This document shows positions 1-14,700 of a stretch of 50,714 nucleotides of DNA, piece after piece. The DNA is from Girardia tigrina (Eukaryota). Location of the stretch: the NCBI GenBank assembly GCA_001938485.1, contig MQRK01233174.1, positions 1 through 50,714 of the forward strand. Reading direction: 5' to 3'. Within the stretch, counting starts at the first letter, position 1; each line of letters starts with the position of its first letter. Under the pieces are notes generated by a model. The model did not search any database and had not been told where the DNA came from. It saw only the letters and a list, made by a program, of their open reading frames with translations. Position numbers and translations under genes: made by a program.

Positions 1-165
1 TTTAAAACAATATTGCCGAAGAAAGTTTTCAAAAATATCCTTTCGTTCGGTAACAAAAAATTAATCATAGTCAAATACTGATATAAACGTTTTAATATTT
101 GGGCACCGAATAACATAAGAAAATTGCGCTTAAATTGTCACTAGACTTTTTATTAACTTGTTTTT
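1..165 (+). mobile_element. DINE-1/HINE-like repeat, 3' part (cut by window edge)
   Basis: Near-identical to 5268-5430 and 21547-21675. Confidence 0.7.
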
Positions 166-2788
166 ATATATTTTTGAATTATTTAAGGTGTGATATTTTT
201 AATAAAATTACGGTGAAATATTCAATAAAATTTTATTTGGATATTTTGACGCTTTTATTGAATATTAATAATAATATAAGAATTATTGTTCCTTTATAAA
301 TTTTTGTTTCATTTATTTATTTTTGGCATTATAGATTTTAACATTACATAATAAATTTCATTCATAAAATTCTGTTTCATTTATTTAATTGCTACATTAT
401 GATTTACAAAAGCTTTAGTGTAGACTTTGGAAAATCATTTAAGCGGGTAGTCAATGCGAGTCAATCAATAATGGATTTAACGATTGAAGGTTGAATCCGA
501 CTCGCCTCTGAGTATAGGGATTTTTTCCTGAACTTTGATGCGTAGTTGAGACGACGTTGGATCAATGTATATAATAATATTTTAATTTAGCCATATAAGG
601 ATAAACTCAAATTGATAGTTTCGAGAAACATTTTATATTTATCTAATTATCATATCTTAAACCATTTTGTATTTCATAAGGCGTTAATAGAATTATCGTG
701 TTCTGTATTTCTTAAGTAGCATTATTTTATCGTGTTTTGTAAATTGAAGATATTGAAAAATCTATCTTGTTCTGTAACTTTTTCAAGTTAATAAATTGTG
801 TGCTGTAAATTTGAATAGTAGCAACAAGATCCGTTCTTATCTTTGTACGAATGGACTCAGCTAAAAATATATCAAATTACCTTAAATGGTGCCTTTATAT
901 GGTGCATTGTACATTTTATGTTTCATTATATTCTCATTAGAAGGTTTTGATTTCTTATCTTACAAATACAATTAATATTGAGACTATAAAAGATTGATTA
1001 ACTTGGGTATCGTTTTTAGAGTTTCAGCGATGTATTTACCCAAATGACAAAATAAGTTGATTGAATTTGATTATTAACTAATTATAGTTTGATTGGTATT
1101 TGTATTTTGAAATAGGTATCGATAATAACATGACTTAAGTAAATCTGATTACGATATTGGTTTAACCCGACGTATCAACCGACGGTTACTAAATGCTCGA
1201 AATATGCCAAAGGTAATAATGTAAATCTCTTCATAAAAACTTTTTTCGAATTTCAGGCCTGATCAATAATGATAAGATATTAGTAGTAATGTAATTTATA
1301 TAATTTAATAATTAATATGCGTAACCGTCCAAATAAGATAATAATTAATAATCCTTTCATAACCCAAGCCGTATCTTTCTTTTTACAAGCGAAGATATCG
1401 TAGATAACAATATATTAGTGTAATTATACTATAAATGTAAATATACTATAAATCTGTGAAAGAATGTCTAATATATGCAGGTAAAATAAATATTGATAAA
1501 TTTATATCGACACTTAATAGATCATTAAGAAATGTTTATGTATATATTATTGAAAGCAGGAAGTCCTGGTGAGGGCGTTGCGGGTCCTCCCCGGCGATCA
1601 CGTTGGATGGTCGTCGACTGTCATCATCCTAGATTCCTCCTCTCAAAGGGTAATAATAAAATAATAGATGGCGTAATATATTGATATAACGTATTGGTGT
1701 AGAGTACCTAAAATGTAAATTATAAAACAGCTAGGTTATAATTTTATGATATATTCAAGATAATTCCAATAATAGATCGTAAATTTCGTAGTGTATGTCT
1801 TAAGCACGATGTATGGTGGGTTATAATGGTGCACCATTCATTTGTCTTAAGCATGAAATTGAAAGGTTGTAAATATGATGTATTAAAATACATACCACTT
1901 GTACCCTTTTGCATCTGACCGGGGACTACTCGTGTAAGAATGAACCCAAAGGTAACTTAAAACCTGGCACTACTCTTAGATGTCAGATGGATAGTTGTAT
2001 CGAGTACCGTACTTCAGATAATTTTTCAAGGGTGGTTACCTAAAACCTGGGGGCTCAGAGTCTTGTAAAAGGGTCTGAGACTCAAAAATGTCAATAAAGA
2101 ATGAGGTGGACTCGACATTTGACAAACGTTTCAACAAAGCCTTTCAAAAATGAGAAGTTAGTGAAAAATCTTTAAATAAATTTACAGCAATCATACCAAT
2201 AGACTAAGTAATTTTATATAATAATTAAATTTGTTTATTCATTATTCAATTGTTCTAAATGATATTCATAAGTTCAGAATAATAAAAAATGCTTGGTTAA
2301 AATTCTTTAAACAATCGATATAAAAGAAAAGCTAAGAAACGATTTGATATTTTGTATAATTTCCCTCACCACTTGCGTCTATCTATATCTTTACCAACTC
2401 TAATTTTTCATCAATTAAATTCAATGTAATCTCACGAAAAAAACAAAAAATCACAATTTCAAAAATCTCATTACAAAAACCACAAAGAAACCAAAAAACA
2501 ATTCTTTTTTCACTGAAATATTTATTCGTAATTTGTTTAAATTACACTTAATAAAATGAAACATTTTAATTTAATGGCTTTAATCGATTTCAATTTATTT
2601 CAAATTCATATTTGACGATTTTTTCTTTCTATCTTTCTCTTTCTCGATTAATTTTTTTCTAGTTTTTTCTTGATTTTCATCCAGCAATTTCCACAAAAAC
2701 ATCAACTTTTTTCTAATTAAATAAAAACGTATTTTTTTTCTCTCCAAACAAAAATTTCTTTTTTCGATTTTCATCTCAAACTTCCACC

Positions 2789-2924
2789 ATGGAAATGACC
2801 TCATCCATCAAAGAATCACCGGAATTCGCATCGATTTGCTCGTTTATCGAATTATTTGGCGAGCAATTGAATGTGGCGCTGTCTCACAACCAGTTGGCGA
2901 AGTTCCTCGAGGTAACGGACGCCG
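2789..2924 (+). CDS. RSF1: RSF1 exon 1
   Basis: ATG at 2789; donor gtgagt at 2925; 61-nt intron ending tccag at 2985. Confidence 0.9.
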
Positions 2925-5900
2925 GTGAGTCGCTGTGTCACATAATCGCTCCCATTCACCGGAGATTCGCTCTGTCTTTCTCCAGGGAACGTGCCGAAGG
3001 TGTGGATCGACGTACACCGGCGACTGCTGACTCGCGCCAAGTACCACTGCTCGAGTGACAAGTGGCAGGCGGCGCTCAGGAAGTGTCTGTGCAGCGCGCT
3101 CGGCGCCCACTCGGACCTGCTGGCGGCCATCAGCGGGGCCGACTACTTCAGTGTGAGCGCACTCGATCGCGCCAGGATCCTCATCTCGCTCTTCGACTGC
3201 CAGTTCGACAGGAACAACAAGTTCAAGGAGAAGATCAATCTGAGACTGGTGGGCGATCTGCGGTCGCTGCCGTTCGGGAGCGATATTCACGGGTGCGTCT
3301 ATTGGCTGTTTGTGGACAGCGATGTGAGCGTGCTCATGTACCGCGAGAACGCCGAGGAGGAGTCGTTCAAGGTGGGCGTTAGGTGGCAGCGATTGATGAG
3401 CTCAATTGAGATTTATATTGATAGTTTTTTAATTATTAAAAATGAAATTGAAAATATTTTAAATTAAATTCAGATTTTTAAAAATTTCATATTAAATTTA
3501 GAATTTTTAATTTTAAAATAAAAAGTTTGATGAAAAAGATTTTCAAAATAAAATTGACATTCTTTATTTTCAATTGAGAATTTTTATTTATTAAATTAAG
3601 AATTTTTTAAGACATTTTAAAATTGATTTTTTTAAAAACTTTTTCTAATTAATTTGAGAATTTTTTATATTAAATTGAGAATAAAATTGATATTTTTTTA
3701 TATTAAATTGAGAATAAAATTGATATTTTTTTATATTAAATTAAATTGAGAATTTTCCAAATTAAATTAATATTTTTTCATTTTCAATTGAGAATTTCAA
3801 ATTAAATTGAGAATTTTTGGAACGAATGTTTTTCTACCCCCCATATATTATATATATAGATTATAATTTCGTTTAGAATGGATGAATAAAATTGTTAATT
3901 AATTAATAAAAAATGAAATAATTAATTGAAATTCAATCAAATCAAATTTAATTAAATCAGTGAATTCAACATTAATAATTTATTTAATAAAATAAATAAT
4001 AAATTAAATAATTTATTCATTCAATAATTAATTTATTCTTTACTTTATTTACTTTTTATTCATTTATGTAATAATTGATTTATTGATTCACTAATTTATT
4101 TATTCAATGAATTAAATTAATTAATTAAAATAAATTAAATTAATTATTATTAATTTATTAAATAAGGTAATTAAATAAATAATTAATGATAAAAAATAAA
4201 TTAATTATTAAATTAAATTAATAAAAAAAATAAATAATTAATTAAAAATTATTTAATTTAAATTTATTTATTCAATGAATTAAATTAATTAATTAAAATA
4301 AATTTAATTAATTATTATTAATTTATTAAATAAATAATTAATCTTAAAGAATATTATCTTCACAGATTACATAATATGTGGGGGGCAGTATAACAGTAGT
4401 ACCATTTTCCAAATTAAATTGAGAATTTTCCAAATTAAATTGAGAATTAAATTGATATTTTTTTCGTTAAATTGAGAATTTTCTAAATTAAATTGAGAAT
4501 TTTTTATATTAAATTAAGAATTAAATTGATATTTTTATATTAAGTTGAGAATTTTCCAAATTAAATTTATATTTTTTCATTTTCAATTGAGAATTTCATA
4601 TTAAATTTAGAATTTTGTGTATTAAATTGAGAATTAAATTAATATTTATTGAATTAAATTGAGAATTTTCCAAACTAAATTGATATTTTTTTCATATTAA
4701 ATTAATTTTAATTGTCAATTTTTAATTATTAAAAAAATTAAATGTCCGTCAAACGTAAAAAATTTAATGAATTTAAGCAATGCAAAATTATTAAATCCAA
4801 ATATTAAATTTTTTCTTTCTATATTATATATATGTTTTTTTAATATTTTTGAATTAATATTAAAAATTCTGCATTTGATATGAAAAAATATCATTTTTAA
4901 TATGAAAAATTATTGATTTAATATGAAAAATTATTGATTTAATATGAAAAAAAATCTTTTTAGCGCAATTTCCATACTGACAATTGCGATTATTAATTGG
5001 TTATTTCTGTGTGGATGTGTGTCCGCAGCTTTAAGTCGTATCTCCTCCTCAACGAAGCAATATCGAGGGCTANNNNNNNNNNNNNNNNNNNNNNNNNNNN
5101 NNNNNNNNNNNNNNNNNNNNNNNNNNNNNNNNNNNNNNNNNNNNNNNNNNNNNNNNNNNNNNNNNNNNNNNNNNNNNNNNNNNNNNNNNNNNNNNNNNNN
5201 NNNNNNNNNNNNNNNNNNNNNNNNNNNNNNNNNNNNNNNNNNNNNNNNNNNTCGATTCCTGCAATAATTTAGAACAATATTGCCGAAGAAAGTTTTCAAA
5301 AATATCCTTTCGTTCGGTCACAAAAAATTAATCGTAGTCAAATACTGATATAAACGTTTTAATATTTGGGTACCGAATAACATAAGAAAATTGCGCTTAA
5401 ATTGTCACTAGACTTTTTATTAACTTGTTTTTAATTAATTTCATAATTTTCATATATGAAATAGATAATTTTTCATTTTAATTGGTGAATTTTCCATATT
5501 ACAATTGATAATTTTTCATATAGTTAGTGAATTCGGCAATTACACTATTCAGCAAACTGTTACCGAATTCGGCCTATCATTTATACATTTTAACTTTTTT
5601 TAATTTAATTTATTAATTTTATTTAATTAATTAGAGATTAAGATTATTAACAACATCAATATGAGTTTTGCAACATTTATTAATATCACAAGCGCACTCA
5701 CTATTTGATATCTCTCTTGATCAATTTATTTCTGAGTTCAAACTAATTATTTTCTATAAATGAAAATCTGTTAATAAAAATTATTAATTATAAAGAATTT
5801 AATTGGTTAAAATTAAATCTAAACATTTTTAAAAAAGTACATAATTAATATATTAAAATTTTAAATTGCATTAAAAATTAAATATTACATGTAAAAATTA

Positions 5901-8900
5901 TTTTAAATCTTTGTACTTTAAAATTAAATAATTTTTAATTAGTGGGAATCAAAGAAAATACCAATCATCCATCTGTGTAGGAGAGGCACAATCCGAATCA
6001 ACATACAACATGTACAATATCAACACACAATTCAAAGAATTCCTCACAAATATAATTGTGAAATAATTGTATAAAACGATTTACGTTTACAGAAAATAAT
6101 TCATATAATAACAGAAAATCAATTATAAATGGCATCAAAATTACTGTAAAATATCGCTTCCATAATAAAATCTGTATAACTGCATCCGTAAACGCATCAT
6201 TTTTGAGATCATATTTTTACACAATTTCTTATTTTATAAGCACTTTATTTATGAGAGATTTTAATTTTTGTCAACATTAAGCAAAAGCCGGTATCAAAAC
6301 CGGTAGAACTTTGCCGGAGCCGAAGCTGGTACATCCCTAATTAGAATGATAATTAACTATTTTAAATTTGAATTTGAAAATATTCTTTATAAATTTATTT
6401 GATTTAAAATATTATTTTAGTAGAAAAATGAGTTGATCAAATCACATAACAGATAAAACGATATTTTTAAAAAATAATAATTTTATTTGAATTTTATTAT
6501 TATTTGTAAAAATTTATTGTTCAAATTTTAAATTCAATTAAGGAAAAAAATTAATTAAAAAATTAAATGCATTTTCAAAAATAGTAAAAACATTATAAAA
6601 TATTTTTTTTCAAAATCCGCAAAATTAAAAACAGCATATAATATTTCATTTGAAAAACAAAATTATAAAAAAAAACATTTTAAAAGGCCTAAAATAAACA
6701 AAAAAAATAAAAATTAAATATACAATAAACAATAATTTTCATAAATATTTTATTAAAATTAAATATTATTTTGATTTGATTGCAATTTTAAATAAATGGA
6801 AAATTATTGAAATATGGAGATCGGCGAATTGATTATTAAAATAAAAAAAAATAGTTGGAAATTTTATTTGAAAATTGTTTATAATAAATGCATAAATTGA
6901 GTGAAAATGATTTCTGAAATCGATGTTACAAACACCTCACAATTGCATTTGACAAAACTAGTTTCCTTTAATTCCTCAAACCTTTTAATCGACACTGTTG
7001 CTGCCCGAATACAGTCCACATTAAGACAAATAACTTAACCAAGTTCAATCAATCTTTAACCACGTTTTTTGTTTTTGATTATTCAAAGTTATTTTTGTTT
7101 TTTATGTTCACAATTGGTTGATATTCGAAGTTGATAGTCGATCTTTACCTAATTACGCGGGAACAACGAGATTATGAACGCCGGTTTGATTAAATATCTC
7201 GGACTAAAAAATATAAAATTGAATATTACATTTACGGGTATTTAATTACTTCAATTGAAATTTTTTCATATTAAATGGAAGTATTTCCATATTTCATGGA
7301 TCATTTCAAACCATTATTTGTGTCGATGAATTTCTTATTTAATTTTTATGCAATTTTAATTTAAAATTCCAGTTTTAAATTCTTATTTTTGAAAACAATC
7401 AAATGTAATTTATCAGATCAAATTTTAATGTTTCAGACAGAGTTTATCAAGGTAACATATGTTTATGGTTATCGAATAATATATCTGGGTATTTTTAAAG
7501 ATGAGAAATTATCATGTAGCTTGAAAAGTTCTCGGAATCTTAATGTTATAACTTTCATAATGCTTACCAAACTCAACAAAAATATTACCATTTGAATCAG
7601 CGCATTTTTGCCGACGTGATTACAAGTTGATTTATTTTGTCACCAAAAAATTTCGACGACTTACATGAATCCTATTTTGCATGGTCCTGACGTGCGAAGC
7701 TTCTTCCGACGTGAATGTTTGTGAATCTCTTTTGAAAACTCATTTACCACAAGGTTTTTTCGATAGAGTTGTGGCTTTTCGCCTTTGGAAACTACATAGG
7801 CTGTCGATGGTCGTGTAATCTTTGCTCCGAAAGCCTCGGGTTACCGTACAAGATCCACTTATCGTCACAACAATTAGATTCCAAAACGGGTCATTTTGGT
7901 TACACAAAAAAAACCTCAAAACATGAAAAAATTTGTTGATCGTTCAAATCGTGTGACACTAAATTTTCGAACATTTTCACATTTTCAATGCGTTTCAAAC
8001 CATCTGCAACAACAATGCAACTGATTTATAATTCTTTCACAATTCCACGAACTGTTTATAATCGGTCAGCTTCCAAAAGAGTCTTCGTTCGTCTGGATAC
8101 TGGTCGGTAAACCACTACGGGTGCATCTTTGAGGATAAAGAAAGTTCTTTCTCTAACACTATTGGATTCCCATTTTTAGTTAATTTATCGAGTTGTCTCG
8201 TCTGTGATCGTTATAATTTGAAGTTAAAATAAAATATTTATTTGTACAAAAATATTTTTCGATTTCTCAACTGCAAAACATTTATTTTTAACTAAAAACG
8301 TGAATAAAAACTCAATAAAAATTCAATTGGCGCAGATCGTGGCCGAGTCAATTGAGGGTCTGCATAAATTGCGAACCGAACTGATGGATGTTGATTGTGA
8401 CAACGTGATTCTGTCCAAACTTTATCTCGAAACAAGTCCATCCGATGAGATCGATAACTCGAGAAATCAATCACCGGTGCTCGATAATGTCTCGAACGCA
8501 AATGAGAAAGCAACAAATAATGTCGAACCAATTAAAAAGGAGGACAATGAGCTGTGAGTCGCTTTGTCTGATGAATTATCCAATTGAATTTATATTATTT
8601 ATTCTATTTCTTCAAACGATTACTCAACTTTTATTTAATTTGATTTGGAAATTTTTCATGTTTATCTATTTTAATATTTTCTTAATTCACGAAGAATCTT
8701 TTTTCAATCTTTCATTTTTCCAATATGTTTATTTTATTTTTTATAAATAAAATTACAATAGAATTAATTTATCATGATTTTCTAATAGCTTTTAACAATA
8801 TTTTTTATTTCTAATCACGATTAGTCAATGAATAGAAGCGAATAATCGTCTAATTAATCTGACACCAAATTATTTTTATAAAATAAATAGTTGTATGATA

Positions 8901-11557
8901 ATAATAAAAAATGCATAACTTACTGATATGAATATGAAACAAGGCCTTTCTATTATTAACTTATTAACAGTCTCTATTAAATTTTAAGATGATTTGGAAA
9001 ATATTGTCCATCTTTTAGTCGGTCTTAAGTAATAGTTTCCTAAATTATTGAGTAGAGAATTCATTTTATTTTCGAGTCAATATGGCACCAATATGTTGAA
9101 TAAATTAAAATATTAGGTTGGTCGAAAAATAATGGCGGTTTTTGAGCTTTATACTTTGTTTATCTACTTTGATATGTATATAAGTTTAAATGCATTAGTG
9201 TTAGATATTATTTGAAATCTTATGCCTAGCTGTATATTCCTATAGCCATTATTAACATATTGCTGTTATTTTTTTTAGAATATTTATGGTGCTAAATTAT
9301 AAATGGAAAAAATTAAAATTCGAGCAATTTTCTTATACGAATTTAAACTGGGTCGTAAAGCAGCAGAAATGGCTCGCAATATCAATAAAGCGTTTGGCAA
9401 GGGAACAGCTTCTGAGCGCACAGTGCAACGATGGTTCCGAAAATTTTCTGATGGNNNNNNNNNNNNNNNNNNNNNNNNNNNNNNNNNNNNNNNNNNNNNN
9501 NNNNNNNNNNNNNNNNNNNNNNNNNNNNNNNNNNNNNNNNNNNNNNNNNNNNNNNNNNNNNNNNNNNNNNNNNNNNNNNNNNNNNNNNNNNNNNNNNNNN
9601 NNNNNNNNNNNNNNNNNNNNNNNNNNNNNNNNNNNNNNNNNNNNNNNNNNNNNNNNNNNNNNNNNNNNNNNNNNNNNNNNNNNNNNNNNNNNNNNNNNNN
9701 NNNNNNNNNNNNNNNNNNNNNNNNNNNNNNNNNNNNNNNNNNNNNNNNNNNNNNNNNNNNNNNNNNNNNNNNNNNNNNNNNNNNNNNNNNNNNNNNNNNN
9801 NNNNNNNNNNNNNNNNNNNNNNNNNNNNNNNNNNNNNNNNNNNNNNNNNNNNNNNNNNNNNNNNNNNNNNNNNNNNNNNNNNNNNNNNNNNNNNNNNNNN
9901 NNNNNNNNNNNNNNNNNNNNNNNNNNNNNNNNNNNNNNNNNNNNNNNNNNNNNNNNNNNNNNNNNNNNNNNNNNNNNNNNNNNNNNNNNNNNNNNNNNNN
10001 NNNNNNNNNNNNNNNNNNNNNNNNNNNNNNNNNNNNNNNNNNNNNNNNNNNNNNNNNNNNNNNNNNNNNNNNNNNNNNNNNNNNNNNNNNNNNNNNNNNN
10101 NNNNNNNNNNNNNNNNNNNNNNNNNNNNNNNNNNNNNNNNNNNNNNNNNNNNNNNNNNGTCCCATCCTTCTTCATGATAACGCTAGACCTCATATTTCAA
10201 AAGTGACTCTTCAAAAGCTTAATGAGTTGGGCTATGAAATCCTGCTTCATCCACCATATTCACCAGACCTCTCGCCACCGGACTTCTACTTTTTCAGGCA
10301 TTTGTACAACTTCCTACGTGAAAAAATTTTCAAAAACCAAAATGATGCTCAAAATGCCTTCCAAGAATTGGTCACTTCGAGAACCGATGCATTTTATGCT
10401 GATGGAATAAAACAACTTGTTTCTCGTATTAACTTATTTCTCGCAAAAATGTATTGATGCCAAAGGTTCATACTTTGATTAATAAACTTTTGTTTCTGTG
10501 AATTTGCACGTCTTTGAAGTTTGTGTCCCAAAACCGCCATTATTTTTCGACCAACCTAATATTATGAAATGTACATTGTTGTTTTGTCAAGAAAGGTTGG
10601 AATTACCTCATCTGGAAACACTTCGATCAGACTCTGTAAAACGTCTTTCAATTCATCGATTTGAGTTTCTCATAACCAAGTCAACATTTGTAACGCGAGC
10701 GGATTGAGATGGTTACCAAAACATTTTTAACATGTTTTTGTTGTTGCGAGTGGAGCTCAGTCGCAGTCATAATGAAATTCATCACCGTTTTCAATATGTC
10801 CTTTCGTTTTGAACTGATCTCATATAACAAATTCCCCGTGGAATAATCCGGTGTCGTGTCAAAAGATTTGTTGCACGAGGAGCAGATGAACGCGTGCGGC
10901 ACATGAACCCAATTATAGTGCTATTTTAATATAGAGAATTTACTGATTCCTTTGCCGGATGAGATGTGATATTTACAGTTTTCCACCGGACAACGATGTA
11001 CGATGTAGACTTTACATTTCTTTTCACTATAAAACACCTGATCATGGGAGATTCAATTATTTTATGAGTTTTGATCTAATGCCCCTTGAGATTTGCTTTG
11101 ATTTTTGACGTCAGTTCAGCAAATGCTGCACGAATACAAGTTCGCTCTCGAGTTGAGGATCTCGATGTAACACGCGATGTGTTTACTATCTGGGTCCATT
11201 TTGGCTTTAGAAATTCAACAAACGAAAATATTTAACAAGGGAAAACTTGAAATTCAAAAGTTTATTCTATTTACAAAAATTTTCAAAAAGTCACTGTTGC
11301 CACGCAACATATTATTTAAACAAACAACTTCTGGATTTTTCCAGATAACAATTTCCTTTTTTTACAAAAAACAAATTCTTTACAATTTACGATATATATA
11401 ATAAAAAAATGAAGATTTATGTTAATTAATTGAGCCCCCTTGCAAAATTGAACATTTAATTTTTGTTTTAATGTGCACTTGTATGTTGCACAAATTCGGT
11501 GACATCTCGTATAATTCCTAAATTTTAAGAATTTGATTAATATTATTTGTTGATTTT

Positions 11558-11612
<55 letters not shown>

Positions 11613-11662
11613 NNNNNNNNNNNNNNNNNNNNNNNNNNNNNNNNNNNNNNNNNNNNNNNNNN

Positions 11663-11707
<45 letters not shown>

Positions 11708-14700
11708 CCAATCAATCTGGAACATACATGTTGTTCCAAAAGGCGCATATCATCGTTTTTACACAAAACAAAAAGATAAACACTTGTTGAATATAACCGA
11801 TAATAAATACATAAATTGTCTACCTCTTGCAACAATACAAACGTAAATTCTCTTATGAAGGTTTCATTGGTGATATTTTACACTTAGTTTTTATTATATA
11901 CATCAAATATTATTAAGAAGCATAACCTCTTCATCAAATCTATCTGTTACGAATTTAGTTCAAAAAGTTATGCACACATCTTACTGAGAAATGTATTTTG
12001 CAATTGACTAAAAGGAACACCCTCATGGTAGTCAAATAAAGTCTGTAGAAAATATAAATAATTTTCTCTTGTGACATTATAAGTATTGAAAAAGGGATTT
12101 CCAACTCACTTATGTTAGCCCAATTTAGGGTTCTATTTCGGTCTAGATTGTTTTATGTTGATGTTCAAATGAAAGTTAAAGATATTGAAGAATTCATCAC
12201 GTGATATCGTATCTATTCACCAATCACGAATCTTTTGCACAAGATTCACTTTGTACGGATGAAATTTGTGGCTCATAAGAATATTAAATACTGATTGTTA
12301 GGTTCAATACTAAAATTTTATTAATATAATACAACATATTAATCGAACCAATTTTCGATGAATAATTTTTCTTTTGCACAAACCTTTTATACATAAAGAT
12401 AATGTAATATAAATATGAATATTTAATGCTTTGTTTCTTTACTTTTTGGAATTTACAAAATTAATTTTATAACTTTTCTATTATTAAAATTTTACCCTTT
12501 AAAGATTTTGTTAAAACTCTTAATTCATTTTTAACAAAATCTTCATATCAGAAAATATTTCAATTATAAAGTTTCTATTTAATTGTTAAACATATTTTAA
12601 AATCTTAAACTAATCTTTTAATTTTGATTTTATATTCTTATAAAATTTGCATTTTAAAATTAATGTTTAAATAATAAAATTCTCATTTTAAATTCTAATT
12701 TAAAATCTTTTTAAACCTAAAATTTTCTAATATTTATAAAACATATTTTTAATATTAAAATTCAAAAATTTATGTGAGCTCCCCAAAGTCCAAGAACTGA
12801 TGATTTGCTAAAGGTTAAATCTTGGACATTTTTACTAATTTAACTGTAAATTGAGCAACATTTGCCACAACCATAACAAATATTTTTTACATTTGCTGCA
12901 CTATTTTTCTTTCACTTCACTGGGAAGCGTTTGTTCAAGTGGTAATCAGTGGTTTGACCTAATGATTGGACTTGTTTTAGGTGATAATACTTGATTTCTT
13001 CATCCACAGAGCCATCTGTTACTTCATTTCTTTTGAACATAAAACCAATTTAACTCTTTTGTACTGTTAGTTTCTTGCTAACAGTTATAAAAATAATGAA
13101 AAAAAATGAAGATAATTATTAAATAGTTGAGCCCCCTTGCTAAGCTGAACATCTAATTTTTGTTTTAATGTGTACTTGTATGTTGCGCAACTTCTGTGAC
13201 ATCGCATACTTCCTAAATAATAAGAATTCGATTAAGAGTTTTCATTAATCACCATATTATTTGTTGATTTTTGACAGTTATCGAATTATAATTATATTTT
13301 AATTATTACACTTTCCTGTTTATACAATTCTAGCCCAAAAGTCACCGGACTCCTGATTTTTTTAAATAAATGAGTATAAAATATGAACCAATTGCACAAT
13401 TTGATAAAAATAAAAATTACTATATAATATCAACCCAGTTTAATAATAATTTAAAAATAAAAACTTGAAAACTCTAAATAATAAAAAATATATTTCATTT
13501 TGAATTTTAGTTATTCGAAATTGTAAAATGACTGGAAGAAAATTATAACAAATTACGAAGGCAACCATTTCAAATTTACATGAAAAAAACTTTAATGAGT
13601 AAAATTGCTGAGATGCTTCAAATTTCTAAATCTGCGTACTATGATAATATAAGAAAGATAAAATCAAAAAATAAGATTGAAAAATCGGAAGAACGGGAAG
13701 TCTAAAAATTTGATAAGCGTTACTTAATTGAACAAAAGCTGCTAGATTTCCTGGTCGCATTTGTAACTCAGGAACCAGTTGGCTAGGCACTCCTGCAATA
13801 AATGTTCTTACCATCATTTGTTCTCTAACTTGCTCTGAACCTTTGAAGTTTTCTGTTATTCTTTGAATTTCACCCGCAAATTCATCAAATGAGCCCATCA
13901 TTTTAGTGTAAAAAAACTGGATTTGTTCCAAATAAGGATCAGCTTTATCATACCGTTTCTGGAGTAGAGCCGCTACATTAGCATATTTTCTATCTTTCTC
14001 CTTGAACGTGTTCATAATCACTTCAAAAATCCGCATGTCCAGTAATGCTAATAAATTGTTTAGTTTATCATTTTCGTGTACCTTTGTCAAAGTTATAACA
14101 ATGTCGAATTTTTTCAACCACAGAAAAATGAGTTTGCTGACAAAAATTTTCTAAACAATGATTTACTGAAGACATAATTTAAATGACAGACAAAATCGCT
14201 ACCATCGATAAAATAAATGAATAATGTTAAATTAGATATTAGGTTGTTCGATATGAAACGGGTCAAAATTAAAGTAAAATGTAAATCGATTTTTTTTAAA
14301 TAATAACATTTTATTTTTAATCAAAATATCCCCCCATGTTGTCAACANNNNNNNNNNNNNNNNNNNNNNNNNNNNNNNNNNNNNNNNNNNNNNNNNNNNN
14401 NNNNNNNNNNNNNNNNNNNNNNNNNNNNNNNNNNNNNNNNNNNNNNNNNNNNNNNNNNNNNNNNNNNNNNNNNNNNNNNNNNNNNNNNNNNNNNNNNNNN
14501 NNNNNNNNNNNNNNNNNNNNNNNNNNNNNNNNNNNNNNNNNNNNNNNNNNNNNNNNNNNNNNNNNNNNNNNNNNNNNNNNNNNNNNNNNNNNNNNNNNNN
14601 NNNNNNNNNNNNNNNNNNNNNNNNNNNNNNNNNNNNNNNNNNNNNNNNNNNNNNNNNNNNNNNNNNNNNNNNNNNNNNNNNNNNNNNNNNNNNNNNNNNN

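Noticed and set aside
2844-3382. Overlapping alternative ORFs at the RSF1 5' end
   Set aside because: Expected in GC-rich sequence with few stop codons; no recognisable motifs.
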